A stretch of DNA of 63,417 bases, filler included, from Octopus bimaculoides (GCF_001194135.2; 5 parts of 4 records of this genome joined end to end with filler, not necessarily neighbours in it); one strand, 5' to 3'. Counted from the first letter of the whole stretch, positions 1-12,602 are shown. Notes: generated by a model not told the origin, from the sequence alone. Numbers and translations: made by a program.

Positions 1-14
1 ATATATAAATACAA

Positions 15-500
15 AAATGGGACAAGAACGCAAAACATCCAAACAGACGATACAAAGAAAACAAAGATGGTTCATTCGGAGTTTTCTATCCTCAGTCGAG
101 TTCCAGATTATCTTTGCAATTTTTGCTGGTTATACTCAAGGTTGCTCCAATCTGGCCAGACCCAAGGAAAAACTATGCTAAGAGCATTAGATTCCTTGGA
201 AGAAGGCAGCGAATGTATACGAAAACAAGGATGGAAAAAAAAAACAGGGAAATGTTGCACAAATACAAATGCAATAAACAGGACATAAAAACAGGTGTCT
301 TTCGACTAAGGACGAATTAAATTAAGCTGGCGTCTATGGAAGTAAAGCCTTACAGCAGGGACATAAGATTTAACAGGCAATGGGAAAAAATAGATGTTGC
401 ACAGATGGTAGTGGAACCAAGAAAGAAGGGTCAGGCCTGGTTGAACACCGGTTATGTGGGGCGAGAAGAGAGAGAGGTAGAGGCAGAAGAATAGAAGAAT
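15..500. repeat. Unclassified interspersed repeat (family U), copy 1
   Basis: Shares GAATTAAATTAAGCTGGCG..GGAAGTAAAGCCTTAC and GGATGGTAGT..ACCAAGAAAGAA.GGTCAGGC with 37545-37760, and TCCTCAGTC.AGTTCCAGA / CTAAGAGCATTAGA with 32270-32625, on a different scaffold. Confidence 0.8.
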
Positions 501-521
501 TAAGGAGGGGCAAGAAAAAAA

Positions 522-567
<46 letters not shown>

Positions 568-624
568 CATGTGTATGGGTATGTGCATGTGTGTGTGTCT
601 TTGTGTTTGTGTTTTTCTTTCTTC

Positions 625-790
625 CCTGTTTGACAACTGGTGTTGGTTTGTTTAAGTCACCTGCAACTTAACATTTTGGCAAAGAGAATGACTGAAAAGT
701 ACCATACTTAAAAATAACTACAGGGGTCAGTTGTTTAGATTAAACCCTTTAAAGTGATATCACAGCATGGCCATAGTCCATTAACTGAAA
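625..790 (+). mobile_element. SINE family B, 3' fragment (CpG-decayed)
   Basis: TTGACAACTGGTGTTGGTTTGTTTA..TAACTTAACATTTTGGCAAAGAGA..GGGGTCAGTT..CAGCATGGCCATAGTC..ACTGAAA matches the 3' half of the full copies at 47593 and 58209. Confidence 0.75.
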
Positions 791-1329
791 TAATGAAAAA
801 AATAAAGAAACATATACATACGTGGCTCTGTAATCTAAGAGAGGTTGAACTATATTTGCTTTTACTGACACTATCTTTTAATGTATTTTGGAGCTGAACT
901 CACAGGATCTGGGTTTACTAGTATTACATGTACTACATATATTGAACTCAAAAAGAACAGGAAATTTTGTCTGTTTAATGTCAAAATAATTGACATTTAC
1001 TGAATTAAACTCTGTGTGTGTGTGTCTTATGTGAATGTGGTATTTTGCTTGTCATCATTGGAGAGATGCAGTTGTGATGAATATGTTTCTTTGTTGACAT
1101 TATACTGTCAACTGTGCTTTTGAAGATTAGTGCAACAATAACAGCAACAACAAAAATTGCTTACTTGAAAAACATATGAAGGTTGTTGATACACAGAGCA
1201 TCCGGCTATGAAATTCTGCCTTGAAAATCAATTCCTGCCCAAGCCATGTGAGCATGGAAAAAGTGAGACTAACCCTTTGGCATTCAATCCGACCATATCT
1301 GGCCAGATTAGATATTTATCTGACCAGTT

Positions 1330-1470
1330 TTATGGTGAAACTGGCCAGAAAACAAAGGACAGAAAACAAAGTTGACTTCAGCATGATCTGAACTCAAAAT
1401 GTAAAGATCTACAACTAAAAACCACAGACATTTTGTCTGATGCTCTTTTGCCTGTTTTTGCCAATCCATT
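1330..1470 (-). mobile_element. SINE family A, degraded fragment
   Basis: CAAAGTTGACTTCAGCATGATCTGAACTCAAAATGTAAAG..CATTTTGTCTGATGCTCT resembles AAAGTCGACCTCGGCGGAATTTGAACTCAGAACGTAA. Confidence 0.65.
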
Positions 1471-2323
1471 AGTTGTTGCATTAAAATCAGATGATAGAGA
1501 AGTCTACCATCCAAATGACACTGATGCTGTAATAATAATCCATTATATTTTTGGTAGTCTCTTGAATCTGAGAAAAATGATTCCTCAGTTTCTTGCTGAA
1601 CAACCTGCACCGAACGTTTGGTTATGGCAAACAAATATTTGCGCCGTACATGAGCTCACTCCTTCCATCAAAATGACATTGCCTGTACGAGTGCATGTAT
1701 GTCAAAGTGATTGCAGAGCAATGGAAAACGAAGTGTTTTACCCAAGAAAAACAATGCATCACCCAGTTTAGGAATTGAAAACTATGATCTTGCAATCATG
1801 AGTACAATAACCCTAAACACTAAGCCATGTACTTTCTCCATTATACGTAAAGTACAAATGAAGTCTCAACAATAGTATTCGTATTTCTGTTCAGTGTTGG
1901 ATCAACTAAAGGTCACACAAGTTATTGAATATCTACATCATACAAAATGAAAGGCCCTGTTCTGCTCCAGTATGGTCTTGTCTGAGCTTATCTGTGATTG
2001 CTAAAACGAATTAAAGAACTCTAGAACAATCCCATGACAAATAAAAGAGATTGCAGAACAACGTGGAAATTGAGTGAGTGTATATGAGTGTGAATACATA
2101 TTTGTGTGAGTGTACATATGTGTGTGTGCATGCATGCGCATGTGTGTGCATGCATATGTATGTGTGTGGGTGGGTGTGTATGTGTGTGTGTGTTTGTATG
2201 TGTGTGTGTGTGTGTGTGTGTATGTTTGGAGAGGAAAGTTGATTGATTTGAACCTCTGGGTTGTATCACCTGCAACACACTCATATACCCACCTAATACA
2301 CCCACACACAGACACAGACACAA

Positions 2324-2386
<63 letters not shown>

Positions 2387-2855
2387 ATTCACTATGAGCT
2401 TTGATAAATGACACAGCCTTAGTAGTTTGATTTGGCAAATTTACCTGTGGGAACATCATTATAACTGATGAGGAAGTGTTGCTGATTTAGAATTTGAATT
2501 ATTGTCCTGAGAAAAACTTTGTCATCGTATTAGTAATCCTCACATTACCTTCGTAAGCACCATGGAAATTATACACACCTTTTATTTGTATCACTTCTCA
2601 AATCAATGCATCAATAGTTTCCTTATACACACTCCCAGTCTTCCATACCAAAAAACAAAAACAACATACTACCATAAGATGAACTTTGCTGATAATAAGT
2701 GCTCTGAGCAAGTCTCTCTTCAGCTGTGCCTACCACCTGTATCTACAGATGTGCAGATACTGACTGGACAGTGGGGTGTTACACTACAGTTCATGTAATT
2801 CAGTATTGCTTATTGAGGTGTACTGTAGTTCTCAAATAGGTAGAAATGTGATATA

Positions 2856-3728
2856 CAGGTGGTATCAAAAAGTTCTTGGATGTGTTATGTTTAATAAAAA
2901 ATAACTCATTTACCTAAGTTTTAACATAATCACCTTCAAAATAGTCACCTTTCACAACAATACATCAGTCCCAGCTTCCCTGCCACTTTTGGAAGCTGGC
3001 CTGGAAGTCGTTTTCTGTTAGCAAGTCGAAGAGCTTCTGTGATTTGCTCTGGATCTTGACAATGGTGTTAAAACAATGACTTTTGAGCTGCATTTTCGTC
3101 TTAGGGAAGAAACAGAAGTCTGTAGGAGCTAAATCTGTCAAATAGGGTGGGTGCGTAAGTGATACCATGTTGTTTTTGGCGAGTAACTCACAAGTGTGGA
3201 GAGCTCAGTGACAGGATGCATTGTCGTCAAGAAGAATCCAATTCTTCGTGCTCCACAGATCTAGTTGCTTTCATCAAGTGTCCTGCCTCAAATGCTTCAA
3301 AATATCACAGCAGAATTCTTGATTGATTATTTGGCCCTGGAGGATGAATTCTCGATGCACAATACTGCAGATGTCAGTTTACTTTTGAAGTGTCCATGCC
3401 TCTTGAAACATTGCGTACAACCCATTGTCTCATTGTTGTAAGCTTGCTGAAGTATGCCCAATGTCTCTGTAGCAGATTTTCCAAGTTCAACACCAAATTT
3501 CACATTGGCTCTTTGTTCCAACTTGCTGACCATGACAAAAATCACAGACTACAACATGCACATGACCACAAAAACACAGATGTCATAATTTTCAAAGTAA
3601 ACATAGTGATGTCACTTGGCACACTACCCCATAAAGGTCATTACCAGCCCTCACTGAGCACAGAACCATTTGCTGCCATCTGTTAGTGTGCTACAGAACT
3701 AGTCCGGGAACTTTTTGATACCAGCTTG
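2856..3728 (-). mobile_element. Mariner DNA transposon, internally deleted, both TIRs present, TA TSD
   Basis: TA|CAGGTGGTATCAAAAAGTTC ... GAACTTTTTGATACCAGCTTG|TA. Minus-strand peptides EQRANVKFGVELGKSATETLGILQQAY (HTH) and HPPYLTDLAPTDFCFFPKTKMQLK (YSPDLAP motif). About 870 bp, so most of the DD34D core is missing. Confidence 0.95.
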
Positions 3729-4274
3729 TAAATTGGAAAAAAACAGGTTTGAGGATTGTGACTGATCATTTGATTGTAGCTGATCATTTAAAATGCATGC
3801 CACAGAACTGCTTTGTTAGAGCTGGTTTAAAACTATACAACAATAACAACCATACATTTAATTTATCTTTAACATAATACATTCTCCTTAAGATGGCTAC
3901 ATGTATTATTTCAGTTAAATTTTCTTATTTCTTTCATATAAGAAAATCTATTTTCCAAACAAAAATGCACAATTAGAAAATATTAACAGCTGAACGTTAA
4001 ACAAGTTAACAAACTTCCTTGCTATTTGTTCAACCAAATATGCATAAATGAAGGATTGTGCCTTATTTACATAAATATAATGATATGACTACAACAAACC
4101 TGAAGAGAATCATTTAAGACTTTCCTTACGATATTTCTGTTAAAATATACTGCATGTGTTTCAAGCAATTTTGAAAATGATAAAGAATTTAATAAAATAA
4201 CTCTGTCATTATTAAGTTGGTGTTCAGAACATAAATTAATATGAAATTTAGATGGAAGGCTTTTATTTAGATCA

Positions 4275-4476
4275 GAGACTGTTCACAGCAGAGACTCCAG
4301 CTAAGAAGATCTGAAGAAGGAATTGTAATTCCGAAATATCATCGGACTATAGATAACCAAATTACAACAGGTATATAGTCCATTTTTTGTTCTATAGTGC
4401 ATTGTTGTACCATTCTAAACTTTTTATTCTTTACAAACAATACACAATGCTTCAAGCAAACTACAATACTCTCCTA
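4275..4476 (+). mobile_element. 202-bp Penelope-type (pLTR-like) insertion carrying a hammerhead motif, 13-bp TSD
   Basis: TTTATTTAGATCA is repeated exactly at 4262-4274 and 4477-4489 and brackets a segment containing CTGAAGA-A-GGAAT-TGTA-ATTCC-GAAA-TATC. Confidence 0.7.
4308..4343 (+). ncRNA. Minimal type I hammerhead ribozyme motif
   Basis: GAT-CUGAAGA-A-GGAAU(UGUA)AUUCC-GAAA-UAUC/AUC: canonical CUGANGA and GAAA cores, 5-bp stem II, AUC triplet, loopless ATAT stem III, but only a 3-bp stem I. Confidence 0.65.
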
Positions 4477-4495
4477 TTTATTTAGATCACTTTAG

Positions 4496-4714
4496 CCCTT
4501 TAGCATTCAAATTATTCTGTCAAATGTAATGCTTTTTCATTTACATTGTTTTTAATTAATCATGCATTATCTTTTAGCTATGAAATTTTTATTATGGGAT
4601 TGCATATTTTTAGAATGACATTGAAGGGTAGATACAATAGGCTAGATCTGGCTGGTTTGACATAAAGCAGGTAGAATATATAGGCTGGATATGACTAATT
4701 TAAATGCTAATGGG
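4496..4714. mobile_element. piggyBac-like MITE (CCC-starting TIRs, TTAG target duplication)
   Basis: TTAG|CCCTTTAGCATT ... AATGCTAATGGG|TTAG (11/12 TIR match). A related left end, TAACCCTTTGGCATT, occurs at about 1270. Confidence 0.7.
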
Positions 4715-5087
4715 TTAGAGTAAAATGTTTGTATCATAGGACCAGGGCTGAGCTTAGACAGATTGGCATGAAAAAGATTAAAGATACTAGCCCTTAGATA
4801 TCTAAACTAAAAGAATATATTAAGGCTGTTAAAACATTGTTGTTACCAACTCCATGTAATTATATTCTAACTATTAACGTACTACTAAATAATATATACA
4901 ATTACAATTCTGTATTCACTCCATTTTTTAGCACAGAATTTTAAAGAAATATGTTTATTTCTTGTATAAAAGAAGTTCAGTTCAGATCATCAAAAACTGG
5001 ACATTAAACGATGATGATGATGATATTTAAAATTTATAAAGATGTATTTAATTCTATTTAATCGTATTTTCTTCTTGGGTACAGTAA

Positions 5088-5465
5088 GGTACCAGACATC
5101 TCAGTCCTTCGTCATCTCCTTCGTGATATCTGGTGCCTTGCTGTACTCAAGAAGATCTGTCCCTCCAAAGCAGAAGTGCTTCCCCTGATAAAGAGAATTG
5201 GCCTGCAAGAGTCCTGTGCCAGTGTCATGCAAAAAGCATTATGCCAATGCCACATCAAAGTGCTCATTCTGGTGACACATTAAAATGCATTCAGCACACA
5301 CTGTAAAGTGGTTGGCATTAGAAAGGGCATCCAGCTGTAGAAACAAGGCCACATCAAACTGGAACATGGTGCAGCTCTCTGGCTTGCCAGCTCTGGTCAA
5401 AACCATCCAACTCATGCCAGCATGGAAAATGGACATTAAAAGATGATGGTGATAATGACAGATGA
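5088..5465 (+). mobile_element. RTE-like LINE 3' end and 3' UTR with short 5' inversion and (GAT)n tail
   Basis: The plus strand encodes DIWCLAVLKKIC and the inverted piece encodes TKEMTKD*DVW. The tail CCAACTCATGCCAGCATGGAAAATGGACATTAAAAGATGATG is shared with 12603-12795, 4985-5025 and 1195-1265. Clade assignment is from memory of RTE C-termini. Confidence 0.6.
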
Positions 5466-5609
5466 TGAAAGTATTTCCAACAATGCTCCAAAAGAATTTG
5501 AAGGTTATAACTCATTCCTGCCACCAGATAACTAAATCTCTTTAAACTATGAATATGATAATTTCTTACAAAGGATGAAAACCAGAAATTTGCAGGAGGG
5601 AATAATAAA

Positions 5610-5945
5610 TTAAATGAACCCCAGTATTGACTGGTGCTGTATTTCATTGAACCTGGAAGAATGAAAAGCAAATTTGGCCTCAATAGAATTTGAACTTAGA
5701 GCTTACAGAGCCAGAACAAACACTGATTTCAAATTTTGACACAAGGCTGGCAATTTCGAGGTAAGTGGTAAGTCAATTATATTGACCCCAGTGTTCAACT
5801 GGTATTTATTTTATTGACCCTGAAAGGTCGAAAGGCAAAGTCAACCTCAGCAGAATTTGAACACAGAACATAAAAATAGACAAAACGCCACTAAGCATTT
5901 TGCCTGACACAGTAATGATTCTGCTAGTTTCACTGCCTTACAGCC
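5610..5945 (-). mobile_element. Two adjacent SINE family A copies (CpG-decayed)
   Basis: ACCCCAGTATTGACTGGTGC..GAATTTGAACTTAGAG and GACCCCAGTGTTCAACTGGTATTT..GGCAAAGTCAACCTCAGCAGAATTTGAACACAGAAC. Confidence 0.8.
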
Positions 5946-6907
5946 AGAACAAATATTGTGAGGCATCTTTTACTGATGCTCTAATGAGACCATCTATCCA
6001 CTATTCGCTTCTGTAGGCTTTAAATGTTAGCCTACAAAACAGATGATATTACAATATTGTACCCACACAATATTTAGCCCCTTACTCATGCCAATCATTT
6101 CATAAAGGATCTTGTAAAATAAGGAGTTTAACTCCATAACAAACAAACCAACTGTTTTGCCTCAGGCATGAGGATAATGCATTTGTCACCCATCTCTTAA
6201 ATCTAAGGAGATTAAAAGGACTCATATACAAGCCAGAAGTTAAGTTTGTTCTTATATTGACACGTGGCCCTCGTATTAATTATAAACTCTCATTGTTTTT
6301 CTTCTTTTTTTTTTTTGTATTTGAATATAAATGATTTTCATGCTAAACTTACAACTACGGTTTGTGACTGGATGATTTTTGAAATCCTCAGGTTCAGCTT
6401 TTTGGAAGAAATCTAAATTTTGCGTCGTTGTGAAAAGAAAGGAAAAACATTGATGATTACATAATATTATATTTATACTAATGAACTTAAATTGTTACAA
6501 AAATATCTTATAAAAAGTCAGTTTATATATGTTTATTTTGCATTTCAACAATTAAAATTTCACGATAAACATAATTACATTTTCCCTTGAAATATGGAGA
6601 AGTGTATATTATACTCTCTAAGTGAAGTATATATCTCGTTGTCTTCATCATTGTCAGCGGCATCATTGGCAGCATCGACATCAGCATTGTCATTGTCATC
6701 ATGATCATCATTTGCAGTAGCAGAAGCAATAAAAGAAATGGTAGTAGATTTGAACTATTACCAGCTAATTATTAGTAAAATCTTTCATATGTTTCGCTAT
6801 TTCAGATGCACAGGCGTACACACTCACACACACATGCGCACACACACACAAGACAGGCTTCTTTCAGTTTCCATGTATCAAATTCATTTAATCCTTCCTC
6901 CACAATG

Positions 6908-6939
<32 letters not shown>

Positions 6940-6999
6940 ACTAAGAAAATCTACACAGCTCTAATATATTGAAGGTATGTTCCATCTGTAAACAGAAGA

Positions 7000-7055
<56 letters not shown>

Positions 7056-7209
7056 GTCTGTCACACTGTCTATTTGTCTGTCTGTATGTATGATTGTGTG
7101 TGCATGCAACCATGCAACCATGTATATGCATCTGTATATACAGACATGTATACATGCACATGCACCACACACACACACAAACATGTATATATGAATATGT
7201 ATGCATGTA

Positions 7210-7279
<70 letters not shown>

Positions 7280-8980
7280 TATATATATACGTATTTATAT
7301 ATACACACACATTCATTTATACATACATACATATATACATATACATATACAGACATTTATTCATACACATACACACACACACACACACATTTACATTCAT
7401 ACATGCTTAACATGCACGTATGGTAAGTGATGATGATAAGAGTGACTAAACAGATCTTTGGTGGTAACACAGTGACACACCAAATCCCATGGCCGACTAC
7501 GAGGCTGTTTCTTCAGTTTATGTTCAATAAAATACAATAAATAAATAAATGAATAATATCAGATCAAGTAAGGGGGGGGGCGATGGGAAGATAAACACTA
7601 AATATATTATCTGGCAGTGGTGAACATATGCTGCTTCATGGATACTAGTGGTGTAATCCATGTCATGTCGGATAATTATTTCTCATAGTTGGTAATGGTG
7701 ATGGAGATGATGGTGGTGGTGGTGGTGGAGAGGAAGAAGAAGATGAAGATGAAGAAGATGACAAAANNNNNNNNNNNNNNNNNNNNNNNNNNNNNNNNNN
7801 NNNNNNNNNNNNNNNNNNNNNNNNNNNNNNNNNNNNNNNNNNNNNNNNNNNNNNNNNNNNNNNNNNNNNNNNNNNNNNNNNNNNNNNNNNNNNNNNNNNN
7901 NNNNNNNNNNNNNNNNNNNNNNNNNNNNNNNNNNNNNNNNNNNNNNNNNNNNNNNNNNNNNNNNNNNNNNNNNNNNNNNNNNNNNNNNNNNNNNNNNNNN
8001 NNNNNNNNNNNNNNNNNNNNNNNNNNNNNNNNNNNNNNNNNNNNNNNNNNNNNNNNNNNNNNNNNNNNNNNNNNNNNNNNNNNNNNNNNNNNNNNNNNNN
8101 NNNNNNNNNNNNNNNNNNNNNNNNNNNNNNNNNNNNNNNNNNNNNNNNNNNNNNNNNNNNNNNNNNNNNNNNNNNNNNNNNNNNNNNNNNNNNNNNNNNN
8201 NNNNNNNNNNNNNNNNNNNNNNNNNNNNNNNNNNNNNNNNNNNNNNNNNNNNNNNNNNNNNNNNNNNNNNNNNNNNNNNNNNNNNNNNNNNNNNNNNNNN
8301 NNNNNNNNNNNNNNNNNNNNNNNNNNNNNNNNNNNNNNNNNNNNNNNNNNNNNNNNNNNNNNNNNNNNNATATATGTGTGTGTATATGTGTGTATATGTG
8401 CGTATATATATCTATGTATGTATAGATATAGATAGATATGTAATCTACACACATATATACATATATATATATATATTACACACACATACATATATGTGTA
8501 CATATGTATATGTAGATTATATATGTGCCTGTCTATTATCCTTCTTTCTCTCTATATATATATTTATACATATGCATGTGTGTATGTATATGTAATTGTA
8601 TGTGTGGATGTGTTGTTTGTATATGTGTGTATGTTTGTGTATACACAAAGTCATGTCAAACAATAAGAGAAGTAAAAGAAGGGAAAGAGAACAGTGACAG
8701 TGAAAAATATGAACACGATATTCCTTCCTGATTGATAGGGTGGGAAATAGGAAGTACTTCCACTAAAAAACATATCCTTACTCAATTATATCCGTGTATG
8801 AGACACAGGCAGTCGGTGGGAAAATGCTCTCATGGGTAATAACTATGAAAAAATGAGCAATCAAAATGCCTGGGAAAAGTAATTAAAAAAACAAGCAAAA
8901 TACAATGATATCAAAGTATAAATATGTATGTAAGCGTGTGTGTGTGTGTGTGTGTGTTTGTGTGTGTTTGTGTGTGTGTT

Positions 8981-9013
<33 letters not shown>

Positions 9014-9365
9014 AAATATGTAAATGTGTGTGCACAAATACTCCCTCTCCCATCTCAAATAAGAATGATATTCTTATTATTATCATATGGGAAAATATAA
9101 TTGCATATAATTGTGTATATATATTTTTGAATACACACACACGCACACACACATAGACACTCATACACACATGTGCACAATGCACATATGGGCACATGCA
9201 CACACACATATATATATTTATATATACAAGTGTGTGTGTAATATGCATATATGTAAGCAAATAAAAAGTTTGGCAACTACTAATTTTGAGAACAATGACT
9301 AGTTGATGACGTATAAGCAGGTTCCATTGTAAAGAGAGGCAGGTGTGGTTGAACTTATATGTTGA

Positions 9366-9415
<50 letters not shown>

Positions 9416-9589
9416 CGTGTGTGTGTGTNNNNNNNNNNTGTGTGTGTGTGTGTGTGTGCGTGCGTGTGTGTGTGTATGTGTGTGTGTGTGTGCGTGCGTG
9501 TGTGTGTGTATGTGTGTGTGTGTGTGTGTGTAGCTTAATAGCACCACCTGAGGAAGATTTTAAATGATGTTTCATATTAGTCATTCGTT

Positions 9590-10225
9590 GGGCACCTTAG
9601 CCCATTTGAGTAAATAGTTATTGTTTGCAGAGATATGTTTGGGTGTTGGTGGTTTATCTGAAATTTTTCATTCATCCAGGAACCATTTGAATGTTGTGAG
9701 ATCTTTTTTCTTCTCTCAAGTGTCCTGGCATAATGTTAAAGAGAGTAGAGCCAGTTGAGGTGAAATGGTTCTGTCTTAGTTTTGTGATGTGAGCAAGATT
9801 TTTGTAGAGGATGGGTGGTGCAAGGACCAAGCCTTGGTGAATTTTAAAATTGATGTCAACATCATTTGGGTTGTGATGTTGGAATATTTTCCACATTTTA
9901 CAAATGATACAACACTCATGGCAGTGTCGGAGGGAACAAAGTTTTAAGTTGCTCAAGCTGATCCCAATATTTAAGACCTGTCGTGTCATATATTTTCCAT
10001 GTGATTGATCTTTGGAGTACTTCAATTTTTAGAATATTTTGTTTCAGGTAGGGAGACCTCAGTGGATAATGGTATTCAAGGTGAGGATGGGTGAAGATTG
10101 AGAAGACAAAGGTAATGATAGGAGCATCTCTAGACTGTAAAGTCCTGAGGATCCAGGGGCACACGCGGTGGATCATGATGACTGTTTCAAATTTTGGCAA
10201 AAAGCCAAAATTTGAGAACATTATT
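9590..10225 (-). mobile_element. CR1-clade LINE, 3' fragment (RT C-terminal region), frameshifted
   Basis: Minus-strand CPWILRTLQSRDAPII..PHLEYHYPLRSPYLKQNILKIEVLQRSITWKI..LKYWDQLEQLK and NHFTSTGSTLFNIMPGHLR. Confidence 0.85.
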
Positions 10226-10244
10226 TTGAAGGGAGTGGGTAAGT

Positions 10245-10410
10245 GAATTACGTTGACTCAAGTACTAGATTGGTACTTATTTTATTGATCCCAAAAGAAT
10301 GATGGGCAATATTGACCTCAATGGAATTTGAACTCAGAATGTAAAAAGCTAGAAGAAATAAAGACAAAAATTTTGTCTGAGATGCTAACAGTTCTGTCAG
10401 CTCACTACCT
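10245..10410 (-). mobile_element. SINE family A fragment
   Basis: GACTCAAGTACTAGATTGGTACTTATTTTATTGATCCC..GACCTCAATGGAATTTGAACTCAGAATGTAA. Confidence 0.75.
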
Positions 10411-10443
10411 TATAATATACATACACACACTCACACACATATG

Positions 10444-10502
<59 letters not shown>

Positions 10503-10507
<5 letters not shown>

Positions 10508-11630
10508 CAATGCATCCCACCATTGCCCGGGTGTTATGACCTACAGCCACATTGTGTTATTTGTTCATTTCTTATGGGCAGATTCAGCCACAGCTGATAT
10601 ATAGTGAACTAGTCAATTGGCATAATGGAAGTTATTGTTTGTTTAAAAGTGAAGTGGGGAGGGTACAATTTACATGGGTTTGCATGAAAGCGCTTTCTGC
10701 ACTTAAGAAGGATCACAAACTATGTAGTGTTTCATCATATAAAAGGGGTTTAATACAATTTTGCCCAGAAATCACGTTTTCAGAATTTTAGTTTCTCTCT
10801 GTCCCCACTGCAATTTCTTAATTTGTAACTTTTTAACAAATTTTTTATTATTATTCATGTAGAAAAATACAGAGATTACAAATCTAGGAAATATATATTT
10901 TTTTAAAGTTTAATTTTTCTCAAAGCAACACTCAATGCCCCTTTCCCCACCTCACCCATCCATCACCTATCCACTTTCAAAAAGCTAAAAACACCCAATG
11001 TTTCACTTTCGTCTGACGTTTCATGCATGTGTAGAATTGTACTGAAATAGCAGATGTAAAAAATATTAGAGCACCACCAGAAAAACCTGACATGCTAGAA
11101 ACAACAGGTAAACAACACTATTTCTGAAGAAACTTCCCTTCTTTCCATAAAGCTAAAAGTGAAACATTGGGAATTGTAGCTTTTTGAAAATGGTGAGGTG
11201 ATGGCTGGATGTTTGGGAAGGATATTTTCGTGTTTCTTTAAGAAAAAAGAAAGAAGATTCTTAAAGATTCATACTCTCTGCTTTTTCTCCCTGGATTATC
11301 AAGAAAAAATTTTGAAAAATGTTAAAAAAAAAATGAAGAAATTGGGATGGGGAGGGAGAAAATTAAAATATTGGGAGCGTGTTTTTTGGGCGGAATCCTA
11401 GTCTCCTGTACTGAAAGCATAGGAATGGGAAGAAATTTAGGAAAAAGATCAAAGGTGGGGTGCAAATGTCACCTCGGACATGCTAGAAGCAACAGGTAAA
11501 GGACAGGATTTCTGGATATCGAAGATCAGGTTTTTAAATACACTCATCATAAACATGAATTACTGAATAGAAAAAGATGATTTCAAATGGATTTCAGCTG
11601 TAATTTTGCATGTGCACATAACAAGAAATA
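10503..11630. mobile_element. Possible non-autonomous Helitron/Helentron-like (HINE-type) element
   Basis: Starts ACTAGCAATGCATCCCACCATTGCCCGGG (ACTAG..TTGCCCGG-type start). Internal ~35-bp inverted repeat at 10975-11009 / 11156-11190 and direct repeat GACATGCTAGAA.CAACAGGTAAA at about 11089 and 11477. Right end uncertain. Confidence 0.4.
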
Positions 11631-11996
11631 ACATAATTCATACAGAAGTTATACCTGTTGTGTGTGTGTGAGTGTGTGTGCCAAAGGAAGTTATTTTATG
11701 GCATTCTTTTGTTTGAAGCAGGAAAGTTGTCAGCTTGATCATATGGCCGATCATACGGAATCATATGATAGTTAATTTCTGTAAATTTTTAAAATTTCAT
11801 TATGCTTTGAAGAGAGCAGAAATTGAAAGAGAGGAGAAAATGAAAGATGTATGTACATGTATTTGAAATGGATGTGTGTGTGTGTGTNNNNNNNNNNAGA
11901 GAGGGAGAGAGAGTGAAGGTGTGTGTTGTCATGTATGTATTTTTTTGCATGTATGTGTAAGTGGCACCCACTTTCTCTCTCACTCTCTCTCTTACA

Positions 11997-12027
<31 letters not shown>

Positions 12028-12496
12028 TATCTTTCATATACACGTACATAAATACATATGCAGACATCGTTTTTGCATGTATGTGTGCATGTGCATGTAA
12101 GAGAGAAAGTGAGTGACTGCATTTCCTCATAACATATAGAGAAATGGATACCTTTTAAGGTACACACTCATAAAGAAAATGTGATATCATTGTCATCGTG
12201 GTATAAAATGTCGTTTAATATAGTTGAATTATAAAAAGATTATAATGTTAAATTTTTGTAAGGCAAATATGTAAATGAAAATAAAGTTTATTTGTTCACT
12301 GAAAGATTACTGAATCTTTTGATAGACCATACGTAAATATATAAATTCAAATGCAGCACAGAATTTTGTCAGTGAACAGGTTGTGGTCTCAAAGCGACGA
12401 AAATATTTTGGCAAATTAAATTTAAATGTTGAAGTGAATCTAATGGTTTTTGTGTGTTTCTTAAATAGCTTATAAACACCTTCCACGCTGCAATTC

Positions 12497-12582
<86 letters not shown>

Positions 12583-12602
12583 ATATATATATGTATATAT
12601 GT

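Noticed and set aside
60-110. CTGAGGA...GAA on the minus strand of family U (also 32320-32360) as a hammerhead
   Set aside because: No stem II after a full CUGANGA core, GAA is not followed by A, and there is no convincing stem I
6600-6740. Asp/Asn-rich minus-strand reading (DDHDDNDNADVD)
   Set aside because: Degenerate (CAT/GAT) microsatellite without splice signals
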